Source: Camelus ferus
Taxonomy: Eukaryota
Direction of reading: 5' to 3'
DNA: 64,000 bases
NCBI RefSeq assembly: GCF_009834535.1
Contig: NC_045697.1
Location: 38,132,001-38,196,000, forward strand
The notes beneath the pieces are model-generated. The model saw nothing but the letters and a program-made list of their open reading frames with translations. It did no database searches and had not been told where the DNA came from. A program made the position numbers and the translations under genes. Shown here piece after piece: positions 34,506 to 48,408 of this stretch. How positions within the stretch are numbered: position 1 is the stretch's first letter; each line of letters starts with the position of its first letter.

Positions 34506-37202
34506 AAGAAGGCAAGATATACTAAGCAAATTAATACTATAAATCAGACTGCAAAAACAAATTTCTTCTGAAGATAGCAGTTTCGAGACTTTAAAAAGCA
34601 TGGCACAGAAATATGGTGCAGCTGACTTCCAGTCCTCAAAAGAAGTCACATTGCTACGCTCCACCCTCTGTTCCTCCCCCAAACGTCTCTTAGCAATATA
34701 ATAATCTTAGCAATATTAGGCAAATGGTGGAGTTGAAGGGAAAGGAAAGAAGGAGCAATGACAAACTGTGATGGGGTGAGGAACTGCAACAGGACAGTCT
34801 GCAAAACCTCAATTTCTTTCTCCCTCACTGCCTGGATCTCTATATTTGGCTTTCATCATCTAGCCAGAAGTTCTACCAATTAGCAGTTCCCCTGGTTTCA
34901 CAATTATTCTGTTAAAAAATTCAAATAATACAGAGATTGTTAAAATCTGGTGAGTCATCCTCAGATTACAGTAAAGGGTGGGCATTTAGGCTCACACCCA
35001 CTATTTGGAAATTTTCACCAATTCTTATCCATTCACTTACCCACTCACTAAGGGGCTCCAAAATCTCTTATCTAACTATTATTATGGCACTTGAAAGTAT
35101 TTTTTGATAACTTAAGGTGGCCTTTCTCTATTGGACTGAATTATTTGAGTGACACCATTCCTATCACTATTAACAGCAGTTACAATAATAAAGGATGCGG
35201 ATATCAAAGCACCTCTATATTGCTTTTGAGTAAAATAAATATTTAGTATAGCCACTAGTAACACCAGAGTTAAATTTTATCCTTGAAACAGTTGAAAAAT
35301 TAACTGCAATTATATTATTTTAACCAAAATAAGCATTTAAACAGTTATTTACATTGATATTTCCAATTTTTAGGTAGGTGGATCAGATATAATTATCCCT
35401 AAATAATTATTCTAAGTTTTCTTTCTTTTTTTTCTCTTTTTTTTTTTTTTTTTGCTAAGTGTAAAAATCTATTTTAATATTCAAACGCATGAACCCTGAC
35501 AAACATACCAGAACCCAGGGCTCTAATGTAGACGGCACTATGCTATGGACACCAGTGAACCACATGAAGAGGCAACTTACTAGAAGCACTGAGTCTAGTG
35601 ATGAATATATGATATTGACACCTAGATCAGCATCATAAGTAAGAACCCATTCTGGGTAGAAGATAATATACCACTGGAGTGGCTATCAGGTTTAGAAGCA
35701 AATTTTAGACAACATCGGCAGGCTTGTGTTCTGGTTCTGACTCTACTACTAATTCACCCTGTAAACTGATGTGTTATTGAACCCCCAAAGACTGTTTCCT
35801 CATTTGTAAAATGAATACTTCTTATCCTGTCTGCTACACAGGGCGGCTGGGAAGCCCAAGTGAGATATTATACCCGCAAGTTCTTTGAATCACATAAACA
35901 CTCGAGAAATACAAATTACTATTACTAACACTTTGAATCATCACCGTCACCAATGCAATTACTTCCCCATTTGTTACATGACAGGCACCATGAACAAACT
36001 TTTCACAGGTATGTCACATGTGTAGCACATGACCTTGCTGTGCCATTAGTTACAATAGAGTGGAATTGCATACGGAGCAGATCTGATTTTGAAATGGCAT
36101 TTTACTAATGCGGCTTCCATACAATTGTAATATGACATTAATAAAGCTGTGGCAACTTTCCAACATACTGTATTCTTCTTCTAGAATGCATTCCAGTGCC
36201 AACCTCACTTCCTCAGACTTAGCTAATTGGTTAAGGACATGAGTTAACTCCTCCAGACCACTGGGTACCAATTAATGGTAATTTAGGCTGTAATGAAGAA
36301 TGGGCTGAAACCAATCTAAAGACATTTAATGGGATAAATATAAACTAATATTCCGAGGAACAAGGAATTCTGGAAAACAGTCATTAGTTATCCTCTCATT
36401 GTTTGGGAGAGCCCAATAAATAGCACTGAGTGCTGAACCAAATGAGAAACAAGACAATGACATAATGCCATTTGAGCAGGACTATCACTTTATTATAGAT
36501 AAAACTGATAATGGAGAAACTGACTTAAATCTGCAGGCAAGTGGGCTTCAAAATACCAAGTCTCACTAGACTAGTGCAAGCTCCCTGGGGGCACAAACCC
36601 CCAGCAAAACTTACAGCACAGGGAGAGCAGGACAAAGCATGGGCTCTCTATGGGCCGACTTGTTCCCAAAGAAAGAGGAGAAACACACTGAGCCAAGGAT
36701 GTCCATGTTCCCCTTCCAAACTCACCCATCAGACGAATTCACTCCTCCTCTGGGAAGACTGAGAGAACTGGAGAGAGTCCGAGACTGATTCAAGAATGAG
36801 GCTTCTCAGAAGGAAACATCAAGAAACGGGAAAGAAGATTTCCTCTCTGTAAAGCACAGAAGCCCAGAGAGAATTTGTGACCTTTCCAGGATTAAACAGC
36901 AAGTAGGTAGTAGTGTCAGGGTTGAAAGCTTTATTTATTCGTGTTTTAAAAAAAATGGAGCAAAACAGGATAAGAGAGACTCCCTGATTTATTAGCATTG
37001 CACATGAAAAAGTTGGGGATTGGGATTGTTTCATAGTCTAAAAAGTTAGCCTGAAACTCTTGGTCATGCATGTGGCTCACAGTATAGGATCCAGACCACA
37101 GAAAAATAACATATCTGTTCTCCAGACCTTTCTGGAGGATTGTACTCAATTCTGTGAAGCACATTTTATTAAGAAAATTGATGATTTAGAAAGTATAGAA
37201 GT

Positions 37203-37328
37203 GGGGGGAGGGTATAGCTCAGTGGCAAAGGGCATGCTTAGCATTCAGGAGGTCCTGTGTTCAATCCCCAGCACCTCCGTTTAAATAAATAAATAAATCT
37301 AATTCTCTCTCCCTCATACACAAAAACA
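37203..37328 (+). mobile_element. tRNA-derived SINE (camelid-type)
   Basis: GGGGGGAGGGTATAGCTCAGTGG...GTTCAATCCCC; TSD AAAGTATAGAAG at 37190-37201 and 37329-37340. Confidence 0.92.
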
Positions 37329-37495
37329 AAAGTATAGAAGGATATGAACAGGACAGTAAGAAGCTGAAACAGAATTGGAGTTTGAAAAGACCTCACTGAG
37401 AAGAGGGAGGAGACCTGTTTCTGTAACAACAGGACCAAGAGCAGAAACAGCAAGTGATACAGAGGCAGTTTTAAGTTAATGGAAGGAAGACTTTC

Positions 37496-37498
<3 letters not shown>

Positions 37499-37546
<48 letters not shown>
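37499..37546. repeat. (CA)24 microsatellite
   Basis: Directly visible. Confidence 0.97.
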
Positions 37547-37547
<1 letters not shown>

Positions 37548-37579
37548 GTCTAGCCCTGAATGGGATGCAAATTTGATCA

Positions 37580-38100
37580 TGACACCCTCTTGTAAAAACC
37601 ACTGGATGGTTTCCTAGTGCTCTTAGATAACGTCCAAGATACTTAGGAAAGTTTACAAGCCCTTTGTGGATGGGCCCTTTGGTTAGTGTCCAGTCCCAGC
37701 TCACACTCACTCCCTCCCATTCCGCTGGCTGCAGCCACACTGACCTGGTTTAGCCCTGGTGCACAACAGGCTCCTCCCTACTTCCCAGCCTTGACCATGC
37801 AGGTCCCTCTGCCTGGGTGGTCTTACTTCTTTTCTATAGCAAACCAACTCCGATTCATCCTTCAGATCTCAGTTCTCCCATCTTCACAGAATCCTTCCTA
37901 CCTCCTGGAGGAGGTCACTTTGCCCTCCGTGTTCTTCTTGTTTGTACTTGTCAGAGCTGTGGCTTGACTTGTCTTGTTTGACCGTTTAATTAATGTCTGT
38001 CTCCCCTACTAACCTGTGACTTCCGTGAGGGCAGGGAATGTGTTGTTTCTCATGGTAGAGACCCCAGATAGACCTACTCATCATAGACCTACTGAACAAG
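37580..38100 (+). mobile_element. L2 3' fragment
   Basis: gtctgtctcccctactaacctgtgacttccgtgagggcagggaatgtg, L2 3'-end motif. Confidence 0.65.
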
Positions 38101-40849
38101 GAGGGGTAGGGAGGAGGGAGAAGAGGAGGAAGGAAGAGGACCCCCCCCACCAACACCAGAACTAGAAAGGTTCAAGCAGAATATATTAAAGACCATCTTT
38201 CAAGAAAAAGGTTGAAAATATTCCTGTGCTGAGTGGGATGATTGAACCAGCTCAAGCTAGTCAGCAAATATTTGCGAAGCACATACTGTGTTCCAGGTGC
38301 CAGATGCCAAGGATGCCAGTACTGAATCAGCCCCTGCACTGATGTATAAGAGAGCTTCCAATTCTAAGAGCTGGTGATTACACGGAGCAAATCCATTTAA
38401 TAGTGTAAGACAGAAAAAACAAGAAAAGATAAAACTGTGTGACATTCTGGACCAGGTTTCCATTCCCAACTGCAGTCGTATCTAACTTCATTAGATACAT
38501 ATTATGCACTTTGAATATTGGAATTACTCATTTTTGGTGAGCCACAGCTATCATTAACAGAAAATGGGAGAGGGAGAATTGACTTAATATCTTGTGGAAA
38601 GCAAGTGCAAGAATTAATGTAAGGAACCACCCCAGTGATTCAGATTAACCTTTCTTTGTAACCATTAAGGACATGACTCAACAAAGCCCAGTGGAGTTGG
38701 TTTCCACTGAGTCCTTCCAAAGAGTTCCAATATGTAAGGACAGAGATAAGAAAAATTTGAATTCTCCTTTTCCAGGATGTTGCCAGCAGCAAATGCCTCC
38801 ATTTAGGATCCATTGCTTTTAAAACTGTAACTTTCACATTCTAAAACCGTGTGCCTCTGATCAGAGATTGAAGCCAGACATATGGCTCCTGTTGTCAGGA
38901 GAGGTGGGCAGAGGGGATCGTGAAAGAACAGAAGGAACAGAGTATCCTGAAGGAATAGGCCAGAGCTGATTCTGGCCCTAAGGAAAACCAAATGAACCCT
39001 TTGCCCATTTAATTTCTCTGCGCGATTTATTTTATTCTTTAACTTGCTGGCCCAGGCTTGAGAGACTCACCCATTTCTGTTAAATACATATCTGCTCTCA
39101 TTTATCCTGGCTCATGCTTCCTGGAGATGGCCCTGTGAGAAGCAGCTTGAAGGCAAATTAGTGCCACCATTCATGGCCTCTGCCCTGGGGACACTGAGCA
39201 GTCACTGCTTTCTCTATCCAGGTGCCTCAACACCTAGAGCATGCAGTCTTGTCCCCTTCTTGTGCATCCACAAGAGTTTCATGCCTGGGAAGAGTTTTGT
39301 TGTATTTTAAGATAAGGAATATCACATCAGACTGGTCCACAAAACCGGAAAAAGTAAGAACATGGAGAAAGATGGAAGATACAGTTAAGGGAAAAGATAA
39401 TTAACCAAGCAAGATTTTGGAGGAGGTGGGAGAGGTGCAACAAAGGTCTATGCATCTAACAAATTTTAAGACTGAGTTCCAGAGATCTCAGAGTTCTCTA
39501 ACTTGGAAACTACTCAACTTTACAACTCCTCTATTGCTTGTATTTCTTTCTTCTTATCAAACATAGTAAAATAATAATGCAAAAAAATTGCCATTCAGCT
39601 CTTAGAATAAAGCCATTCATAATACAAGTTTAAACTACATTGGCTTCATAGCACTGAAACTCCTGGGGTTCCCATTAATTAAGGCCTGAATTGATTAGCA
39701 GGTTTAAGAATCACATTTATAAATGTAGTTTTCTGAATGCCTGTGTAACAGAATATGAAAGAGATAAATAAACAATGAAAGAGATAAATAAACAATGTTA
39801 TTATTCAGTCATTGCCAATGGATAATTACCTGGACACAATTTGTGCCCTCAGTGTTAAAAAATACAATGCTAAAAAAAAAAATGTGGAAAAGTGGCTGTC
39901 AAGTTAATGGTGAAAGTACAGGAAGCTGACTTCTGTGACCATCATTGTTTCATTTTAATATTTTTCAAACCAATTATATGACCCAGCTCTGGGAAAATGT
40001 GACATTTACTAGGCATTTGAGAATGATTAATTTGGTATGTATGTCTTTGTACTTTTTTTTAACTTCGTATAACGGAAAAACGGAAAATTTGAAACATACG
40101 CAAAAAAGATTGTATTTAATGAAACTTTAGGTACTCATCACCTGTTTTCCCTGCAAATTATTTTGAAGCAAAGCTCAGATGTCATCTTATTTCCTCTGCA
40201 TCTGTGTATTACAATTCTAACTATAATTATCAGTGCTTACCTCCTGGGATTGAATTATTTATCAGTCATCACAGACGTATAATAAGAACAACAGCAACAA
40301 GCTTCTCAGTAAATATTTGCTGATATAACGAATGAACAAAAGGCTAATGTTTACTGAGCACTTACTGTGTGCCAGGCCCTGTGCTACGTGCTTTCCATGC
40401 ACTCTCTCATTTAATCTTTATAAATGACAAATATCATTTAACTATGCTATAAATATCTTCACATTTCAGATGAGAAAACAAGTGTAAAGAGATTGAGGGA
40501 TATCCCCAAAGATATATATAAATTAAATGAAGATGAAATCAAACTAAATCATATTATGAATATAGAATAAAAGCAAAGCATGAATGGCACTAGGTATTTT
40601 GATTAGGTTCAGAATCCAGGCCCTTGAGGATGAAAGTCAATGTGGCAAAACATTAAAAATTGGTGAATCTGGGTAAAGATGTATGGGAGCTCATTGTAGT
40701 AATATTGCAACTTTATGTTTTAAGTTATTTCAAAATAAAAAGTTAAAAGTGACCCCATGTTTTTTCTCAACTAACAAAGTTCAAGGAAGACCCTTGACTA
40801 ATATTTTGCACAATGGGCCAGGATTTCTCTTATTTTGGGCCCCTCTGAA

Positions 40850-41715
40850 ATGAGAACCTAAGTCATGCTCAGGTTTAGGTCAGTTGGCGGCGGTTGGGGG
40901 GAGCGTCATCTCAGGAAGCAGAAGTGAGGGGATGGGGAGAGTAACTCAGAGAAGAATAAAAAGACAACACAAGAATGCTTTATCAGTTGATCCCTCCCTA
41001 GGGGCACCTGAGATGCAGTCCTGCCAGAGACCAGTGGTAGCCAGCCTCTAATACGGCTCCCAGTAGTCCCTGCCTCCTTGTAATCACTCCTTCATGTAAT
41101 GTCCTTCCAGACTCCACCAGGGTTGGTTGTGTGACCAACAGCATACAGCAAAAGTGAGGTTATGTCATTTCTGAGATTAGGTCATAAAAAAGACTACAGC
41201 TTCCATTTTTGGGCACTGGCACTCTGTCTTTCAGACCACTCACTCTAGGGGAACGGTATGGCAAGGAGACTTAGGAGGTGACTCCTCCTGCCAACAGCCA
41301 GGTGAGTGAGCTGGAAGTGGATGCTTCAGACCCAGTCACGCCTGGGATGACTGCAGCCTTGGCTGACACATGATTACAGACTTGTGAGGAACTCTGAGCC
41401 AAGATCACCTAGCCAAGCTGCTCTCTGATTCCTGACTCATAATAACTGTAAAATAAGAAACTTTTGGTATTTTAAACCACCAGGTTTGAGGTAATTTGTG
41501 ACACAGGTAATGAGTATAGGACCCTTTGAGGAACTGAGTTAATACACCTCAGAAACCTTCCACTAAAGATTGGGAGGCTGAGGCAATGATGCACAAAATC
41601 CCAGTTCCAGAGTGGGCACTGGAGGTTAGATGCTGTCAACATGCCAAAGCTAATGTAGATGAAATCATAGGTGGGCTGAGCGTATATGAGGTGGGGGCAC
41701 CAATAAGCTTCTGCT
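40850..41715. mobile_element. LTR16-like ERVL LTR interrupted by an MLT1 (MaLR) LTR at about 41033-41518
   Basis: MLT1 hallmarks gtggtagccagcctc...gatgactgcagcc...tttaaaccaccaggtttgaggtaatttgt. LTR16-like flanks ctcaggaagcagaagtgagggg...gtgggggcacc. Confidence 0.65.
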
Positions 41716-41911
41716 AAAGTATTTCATGCTAATGCCATCCATAACTTTTCTGGGACAAGATATAGGTTTCATACAACATGAAGCTTCCCTAGGAGCTTTA
41801 TTTACTGTGTTAGTCTTTCAAAATCTGCCGAGTTCATCTCACAGAAGCATTAACCTAGCCAAAACTGGAATTTTTAAGACTTAATTTTTCTGATTAAAGA
41901 AGTAACCTTCT

Positions 41912-42130
41912 GATAAATTAGAGTTTGGGATAAGCAGATATAAACCACCATATATAAAACAGATAAACAAGGCCCTACTGATAGCACAGAGAATTATGTT
42001 CAATATCTTGTAATAACTTTTAATGAAAAAGAAGATGAAAATATGTGTATATATTTATATGTAGAACTGAGTCACTATGCTGTACACCAGAAACTAACAC
42101 AACATTGTAAATCAACTATACTTTAGTTTT
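41912..42130 (+). mobile_element. Short L1 3' end
   Basis: gataaattagagtttggga...actgagtcactatgctgtacaccagaaactaacacaacattgtaaatcaactata. Confidence 0.85.
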
Positions 42131-45100
42131 AAGGAGTAATCTCTGTTATTAAAATATATTTGAAAATACAAAAATACCCAAAGGAGAAAAATTTTAAACA
42201 CCAAAAAAAGACACTATTCACAGACTGCCATTGTTAAAATCCTGTGCCATTTAGTATGCTGTAAAAATGTATATACACTTTGATCAAAATCATATCAGTT
42301 ATAGTTTTATAGACTTTTTTCTAATGTGAAGTGATACCGCTTTAATAACTGAATCTTAAAGACACTATTCAATGAAAAACAATATATTTTATTGGGCTTA
42401 ATTATGTTTTCCAGAATGAGGAAGTTACCAGTTGGAGCTTCAAGGAAGTTAGGGTATGGCATGAGTTATTTGAGCAATACTAATAAACCCCATGCCTTGA
42501 CCTCAAGGGAGGCACTTCTAAGTGCAGGCTGAAATCATCTTCCAATTGTGTTTTTCAGTCTCTATTAAGATTTTTCATTAAAAATAAAAATGAGCTGAGC
42601 CAGGAGGTCAGCTTCCACTCTTCAGCTGCTGAGCCAAGAGTCTGACCTTGTGCTCATCCCACACTTGTTGTTTGACCAGATGCTCCCTAACAGCCTCCTC
42701 TGTGGGGCAGAGACACTCCAGTGTTCCTAAATTCAGGGCTAGCTTCTCCTAGAAACAAGTTTTAGGGAATAAAAATGAATTCCGCTCCTTCACTAATCTA
42801 GAAGAGAGAATGAATACAGATGTTTAGTTGTTTAATGCAGAAAACCAATGTAGTTCAGAATCAAACATAGGTCTGAAAGAGCTAATGTGCCCCTCTCAAG
42901 CCCTCCCGAGGGCCTCATCAGTCAACAGAGATGTGCTGTGCGTGTCAGGACCAGTTGACGGGTCTACCTAAACAGGGAAACAGGATGGCAACAATAATGG
43001 TCATTGGGTCCATCTAGTCCTGACCTTTTCCTTGTCAACACCTTAAGGGATTCTACATAAGGCCTATAAAAGGATTAGTTAAGAAAGTAGAAACCTCTAA
43101 TGGGACAAGCCATATAGAGTTTATATATAAGGTAGGTAGTTATGAAACAGCTTGCAGGTAGCACGGAGTGTGGATCTGATGTTAACTGTTAATCCCCACT
43201 CAGTAGGACACAGAGTTCTGTGCTTTTGTTCTAGTCCTAGTCCAGAGCTTTCTCATCTCCTGGGTCAGCTCCTATGCCTCTGACCTCACTTCTGTGTTCT
43301 AGATAGGTCCCTACGTGCCAGGGATCAAGTTGTGAACAAGGAAATTACCACTTTCTCGTATTAGGCTTTGTTCTCTCTTCAATTATTCAAAATTTCCGTC
43401 ACTCTCAAGGTTCAGCAGGGCTATTTCTTTTGGGTTTTGTCATTTTTGTTCTTTTTAAAACTGCTATTGCCCAATGCCAATGTGTCAGAAATTAAGGCCT
43501 CTTAAATACACTCTGTAGCAGGGTGGGCGTGAATTAGAATCCACTAAGGGAAAAAGAATATTCTAGGTTGAATATGCCTGGAATGCAGTCTCTTATTATT
43601 TAAGTGGCCTTTCTTCTAGAGTCGTTTCTCTGTTCCAATACAAATGCCTCCATTGCAACGGTCCGTTCTAGGAGACAGACTGGCCTCAGAGCAAACAGCC
43701 CTGCAGGTTAACTGCATGGATTCTACAGGCAAGGCACTGGTATGTGTTTCAAAACTTCCTTGAATACTCTTACTTTATGCTGTTTGAAAACCTTTGTGGA
43801 TTTCAAAAAATTAGAAAAAAAAGTCTTTAAGTCTACTCAGGATAATTTGCAAGATTTCAGTTAACACATGATAAATCCCCAATATAAAAGACAATGAAAA
43901 ATGGCAGATTAAAGAAAGGTACTTACTTCGGGGGAAAAAAAAAAAAAGAACAGTAAGGCCAAATAAAATTTGAAAGCAAATTTTAAAATGTTTAATTCCA
44001 TTAAAATTGTTTCAAGAATTCTGAACCTGAAGTTTTGGATTCTGGTGAGATCATCCTCCACTTTAGATTTCTACCTTGTGGAATGCTGCTAGAAACAGTG
44101 TTGTTTGTGAGCTCCTGTGAGCTGACCAGATGGACAAAGCATGACTTTGCTAAGAATGATTCAGAGACCACTTTGAGAAAAGGAAGTGCTCTTACCAGGC
44201 ACAAATGAAGATCATATGAATTGTTCATTGTTTCTGCCAAGCCCTAAAATTGTAAGAGAACCCAATTCACTAAAAAATCAAACGTAACTCTTCATCAATC
44301 AAATTAAACAAGAGACAAAAGAGTCAAGTCAGAAACCTGGATTTTTGATTACTTCTCCTGTAGCCATAGACCTACATGTGATTCTCCAGGAGTCAAATAA
44401 AATGGGAATCCAAACTATGTTTCCAATACTCTAAAATCCATATAAAGCTGAGAATCACATATTTACAAGGACTGAGCCACATCACCAATGAAAACTTAAC
44501 ATATCCAAGGCAGATAATCTATTTTCATTAAGCTTTAAGAAGTCCTTCCTAATCATGAAAATGAATGATTATTAGTTTTTTAGTGAGACTAACACTGGAA
44601 CTTGTAGGACAGAATAGTTTTCACTCAGGAAGAAGGATGATCTAAATGAATTCCCATTCACTTAGTAACCAGTATGTATAAGTCTCGTGTACCACCTCAT
44701 ACATGATCCTCATTCCTTAACTCATGAGATTTTTTACACATTTCTCTTAAGTTATGGAATCCAGAACTGGACAATTTATTGGTAAACATCTGATCAACAT
44801 TGAGCTTTCGTGTCCACAGAGGAAAGTAAACACTCGAAATAAGTAGGAACCTGTAAGCCAGTCTAAGGAGGCAGTACCCCAAAGCTAGGTGTCCCTAATG
44901 TCTCTGAAGCAAATGTCTGTGGAGGGAAAACAGAACTTTTCAAAGTGTGCATATACGTGACCATGTAACAAACAGTTTAGCTAGTCTAATAAAGCTAATA
45001 TTAATTAAAATATTTTGGCCTTCCTCAGCAATCTAAAATTATTTTAAAAATATTTTTCTGACCAAATATAGGTTTTGCCAAAAAAGAAAATTTTGTAAAA

Positions 45101-45289
45101 TTTCTTCCCACATAAAATGTTACAGTTTTCTGGAACACATATTTGAATTTGTTTGGTGAGGTTTTATACTACCTGTGAACCTTGTTTTTACTTAAGTTTA
45201 TGAACATCATTCCAGCTTATTCATTTCCATATTCTTATCTTTGGTTGTCATTGGAAAATGTTGGCATCATTGTATGAGCAGGAGTTGGG

Positions 45290-45505
45290 GGAACTGATAG
45301 CTAGACCTCACTTTCAGTCCTCGTTCTGCAACTTACTAAAGCACCCTGGGCCAAATCCTTAACTTACAGAGCCGTTTAATTTTGTTTTTTAATTTGTAAA
45401 ATAGGGATAATAAATAACTTACAAGGATGTTGTAAGGATCAGATGAGAAAACATATGTGAAACCCTTAGTGCAGTGTTCCTGTAGTAGGTACTCAGCAAA
45501 TGAGA
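45290..45505. mobile_element. MIR
   Basis: tgtaaaatagggataata...ggatgttgtaaggatcagatgag...tagtaggtactcagcaaatg. Confidence 0.65.
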
Positions 45506-46169
45506 CACTTTTCCTTTTGGGAGCACAGACATCCTCAATCTAAAAATTATAGTTGCCCAGGCCCTGAAGGAACATGTAATTATTCATTTGAAAATGATTG
45601 TTGTAATTACATATATGCAAACTAAAAATTAAATACTGTATATATTAGACTTCTAATAGTGGGCTCTGAGAAGACTGTAATTTAATCTTAAACCTCATTC
45701 CCCCAGAGCTCATCAAGAATGGAGTCAGTGTAAACAGCCAGATAATATAAGGCCAAATGAGCTTGGTTCTGATTCTCTGTCTGGGCCCCATCCTTAAAGA
45801 TGTAGCCCGGTGACAACATGCAAAGGCCATCATCAGTCATCTTACTTCATTGGTGACCACCTGAATGAAGTTCTAGGAAAAGTCATCTCTTCATTTGAGG
45901 TTATATATAGTGAATGATAATTCATAAAAGTTACTGGGAACTATTTTATAAATATGCATGCCTGATAAAAATGATTAGCAACCAGGGAGCACGTATTTAG
46001 AACGTGTGAGGGACTATGGGAAAAATAAGAGAGATACTCTTTTCTCTGAAGAAAACTTCTGTCAACTTTGGAAGACAAGATTTGCTTTTTGACATGATCT
46101 AATGCATTTTGGAAAATATTAATTTTTTTTATTTTAAAATGAACTGGATTCATGTCTGGAAGGAACTGA

Positions 46170-46400
46170 CATGTGTTGCATACCTATTTGTGACAGGCCT
46201 CTGGGCATATATTATCTCACTTAATCCTCACAAAAATGCTATGAAGTGGATATAATTCTTCTCATTTTAAGAAAGCTGAGGCTCGTACAGGTGAGGTGAC
46301 TTGGATAAGGACATATAACTAAGGAGTGACAAACCCAAGAAGCCAGCACAGGCCAATATCTCAGGGTCCAATGTTCATGCTATTTTCATGACCACTGGGA
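46170..46400. mobile_element. MIR
   Basis: attatctcacttaatcctcaca...ctcatttt...gctgaggctc...gtgaggtgacttg. Confidence 0.65.
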
Positions 46401-46519
46401 CAGCCACAGAGAAAATAGGAGGAAAGAAATCATCGTGAGATACACTTTGAAAGAAGAATTTGCAAATGTTTAGAACTGCTTGGATATGGATGACATTAAT
46501 ATCAAGACTTTGTTTTTTT

Positions 46520-46997
46520 CTTTTCTTTTCTTTTTTAACACCTTTACTTTGGTATAATTCCTGTACAGTAAACTACACATATTTCAGATGTACAACTGGA
46601 TGAATTTTGATAGATGTATATATACACTTATGAAACCACCACCCCAGTCAAGATGCCTAACATTTCCCTCACTCTCCAAGAGGTGCAAATTTTGAATTCT
46701 CAATTTATCCTTTCCTACCCCCTTTATCTCCTGGTAACCATAAGTTTGTTCTCCATGTTTGTGAGTCTGTTTCTCTTTTGTAGATAAGTTCATTTGTGTC
46801 CCTTTTTTAAGATTCCACATACAAGTGATATCGTATGGTATTTTTCTTTCTCTTTCTGCTTTAGTTTGTTTAGAATGACGATCTCCAGGTCCATTCATGT
46901 TGCTGCAAATGGCATTATTTTATTCTTTTTTATGGTTTAATAGTATTCCATCATATATATATACACACACATGTATTACATATATATGTAAAGATTT

Positions 46998-47036
<39 letters not shown>

Positions 47037-47045
47037 CTGCCACAA
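46520..47045 (-). mobile_element. Two abutting antisense L1 3' fragments (older 46520-46680, younger 46684-47045) with a (TG)n tract
   Basis: ggtataattcctgtacagtaaactacaca...atgaaaccaccacccc, then tggtaaccataagtttgtt...gattccacatacaagtgata. Confidence 0.8.
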
Positions 47046-47454
47046 CACTTTGTTAATAAAACTATATGGAGCCTTGACTGAATTTTAATGAAACCTTTCA
47101 GAAATGAGACAAAGTGGGAGCATCAGGAAACAAGTCCAATTAAATGTGTTGAAAGAATCAGATTGGCTTTATCCACCTATTTAAAAAGACTCAAAAATTT
47201 AAATAAATGTACCACTGTCCTCTTATGCAATGTTTTTAATATTGGCATTTTAAATTTAGAAGACAATACTGTGGTGAGGAAAAGGCCTCCAAATTTTTTT
47301 AGGTTAGAAAAATCTAGATTTGATTTTTAGCCCTCAAATTACTGTGGTAAGATCTTGGGCAGCTCATTTAAACACTTTTAATCTTGTAGGAATAACTGTC
47401 CCACTCCATCCAACCATCTACTGACCTCCCCACTTACCTACTCATCCACCCACC

Positions 47455-48060
47455 CATCTGTTTATTCAATTATTCATTCAGTATACATTTGTTGAGCATG
47501 TAGTAAATGCCAGTCACTGGAGACATTTCAGAGGTAAACTAGACTCAGACTCTCGAGGAGTCCATAGTCTAGAAAGAGAGACAGACTTGAATATAAAGGA
47601 ATGTGGTAAAACACAGTGGGGGCTGTAAAGAAAACCCGTCCTGGCCACAGCAGGTAGAAAGGAGAGGTCACGTCCACCTGGTGAGACATGGACTGGAAGG
47701 ACATCTCACTGACACCATGAGAGAGGTAGGACAGGCATTACAAAAGAAGTGGCACATGATCTGGTAGAATATGAGGTGTGATTTTGGGAAGGATGTTCCA
47801 GCCAGATGGAACCACATAAATAGATAACTCAGAGGTATGCTATGGTGTGGTAGCCAACAAACTACACGCAGCTTGATTTGGCTGAAATACAGGGTGGGAG
47901 GAAGATGCAGCTAGAGATGAGGCCAGAGAGGGTGGTCTGCCACACTGAGGAAATTTCATTGTGTTCTACGGGCGTTAGGAAATCTTTAAAAACCAGTAAG
48001 TTGGAGTGAAATCATCAGATTTGCATTTGAGAAAGATCACAGCTGTAGAGCAGAGAATCA
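47455..48060 (-). mobile_element. L2 fragment
   Basis: attcattcagtatacatttgttgagca...atcagatttgcatttgagaaagatcac. Confidence 0.65.
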
Positions 48061-48408
48061 GTATGAAAATGTTACAAGAAAACATATGAAGACCCATTGT
48101 AAAGTTCACTACATAAATGTTTGCTTTTATCAATGTAAGTCATGACTTGCTATATTGTGAACCATACACAATAGATAAAACATGAATTCTACATAACTCT
48201 ATGTATTTATTTAAACAGATAAAGCTACAAAATACAATATTTTTTCAATCAGAAATGAATTGTAATAACAAATTAAGGAGACTTACAAAAATTTCACCTT
48301 GTTCCAGAATTCTTTTTTTTTTAATTTTTTTTCATAAATCTTATCTCAACAAAACACATGGCTGATGAAGTTCCCTAAAAAGAATAAATCAAAATATTGA
48401 TGATCTTT

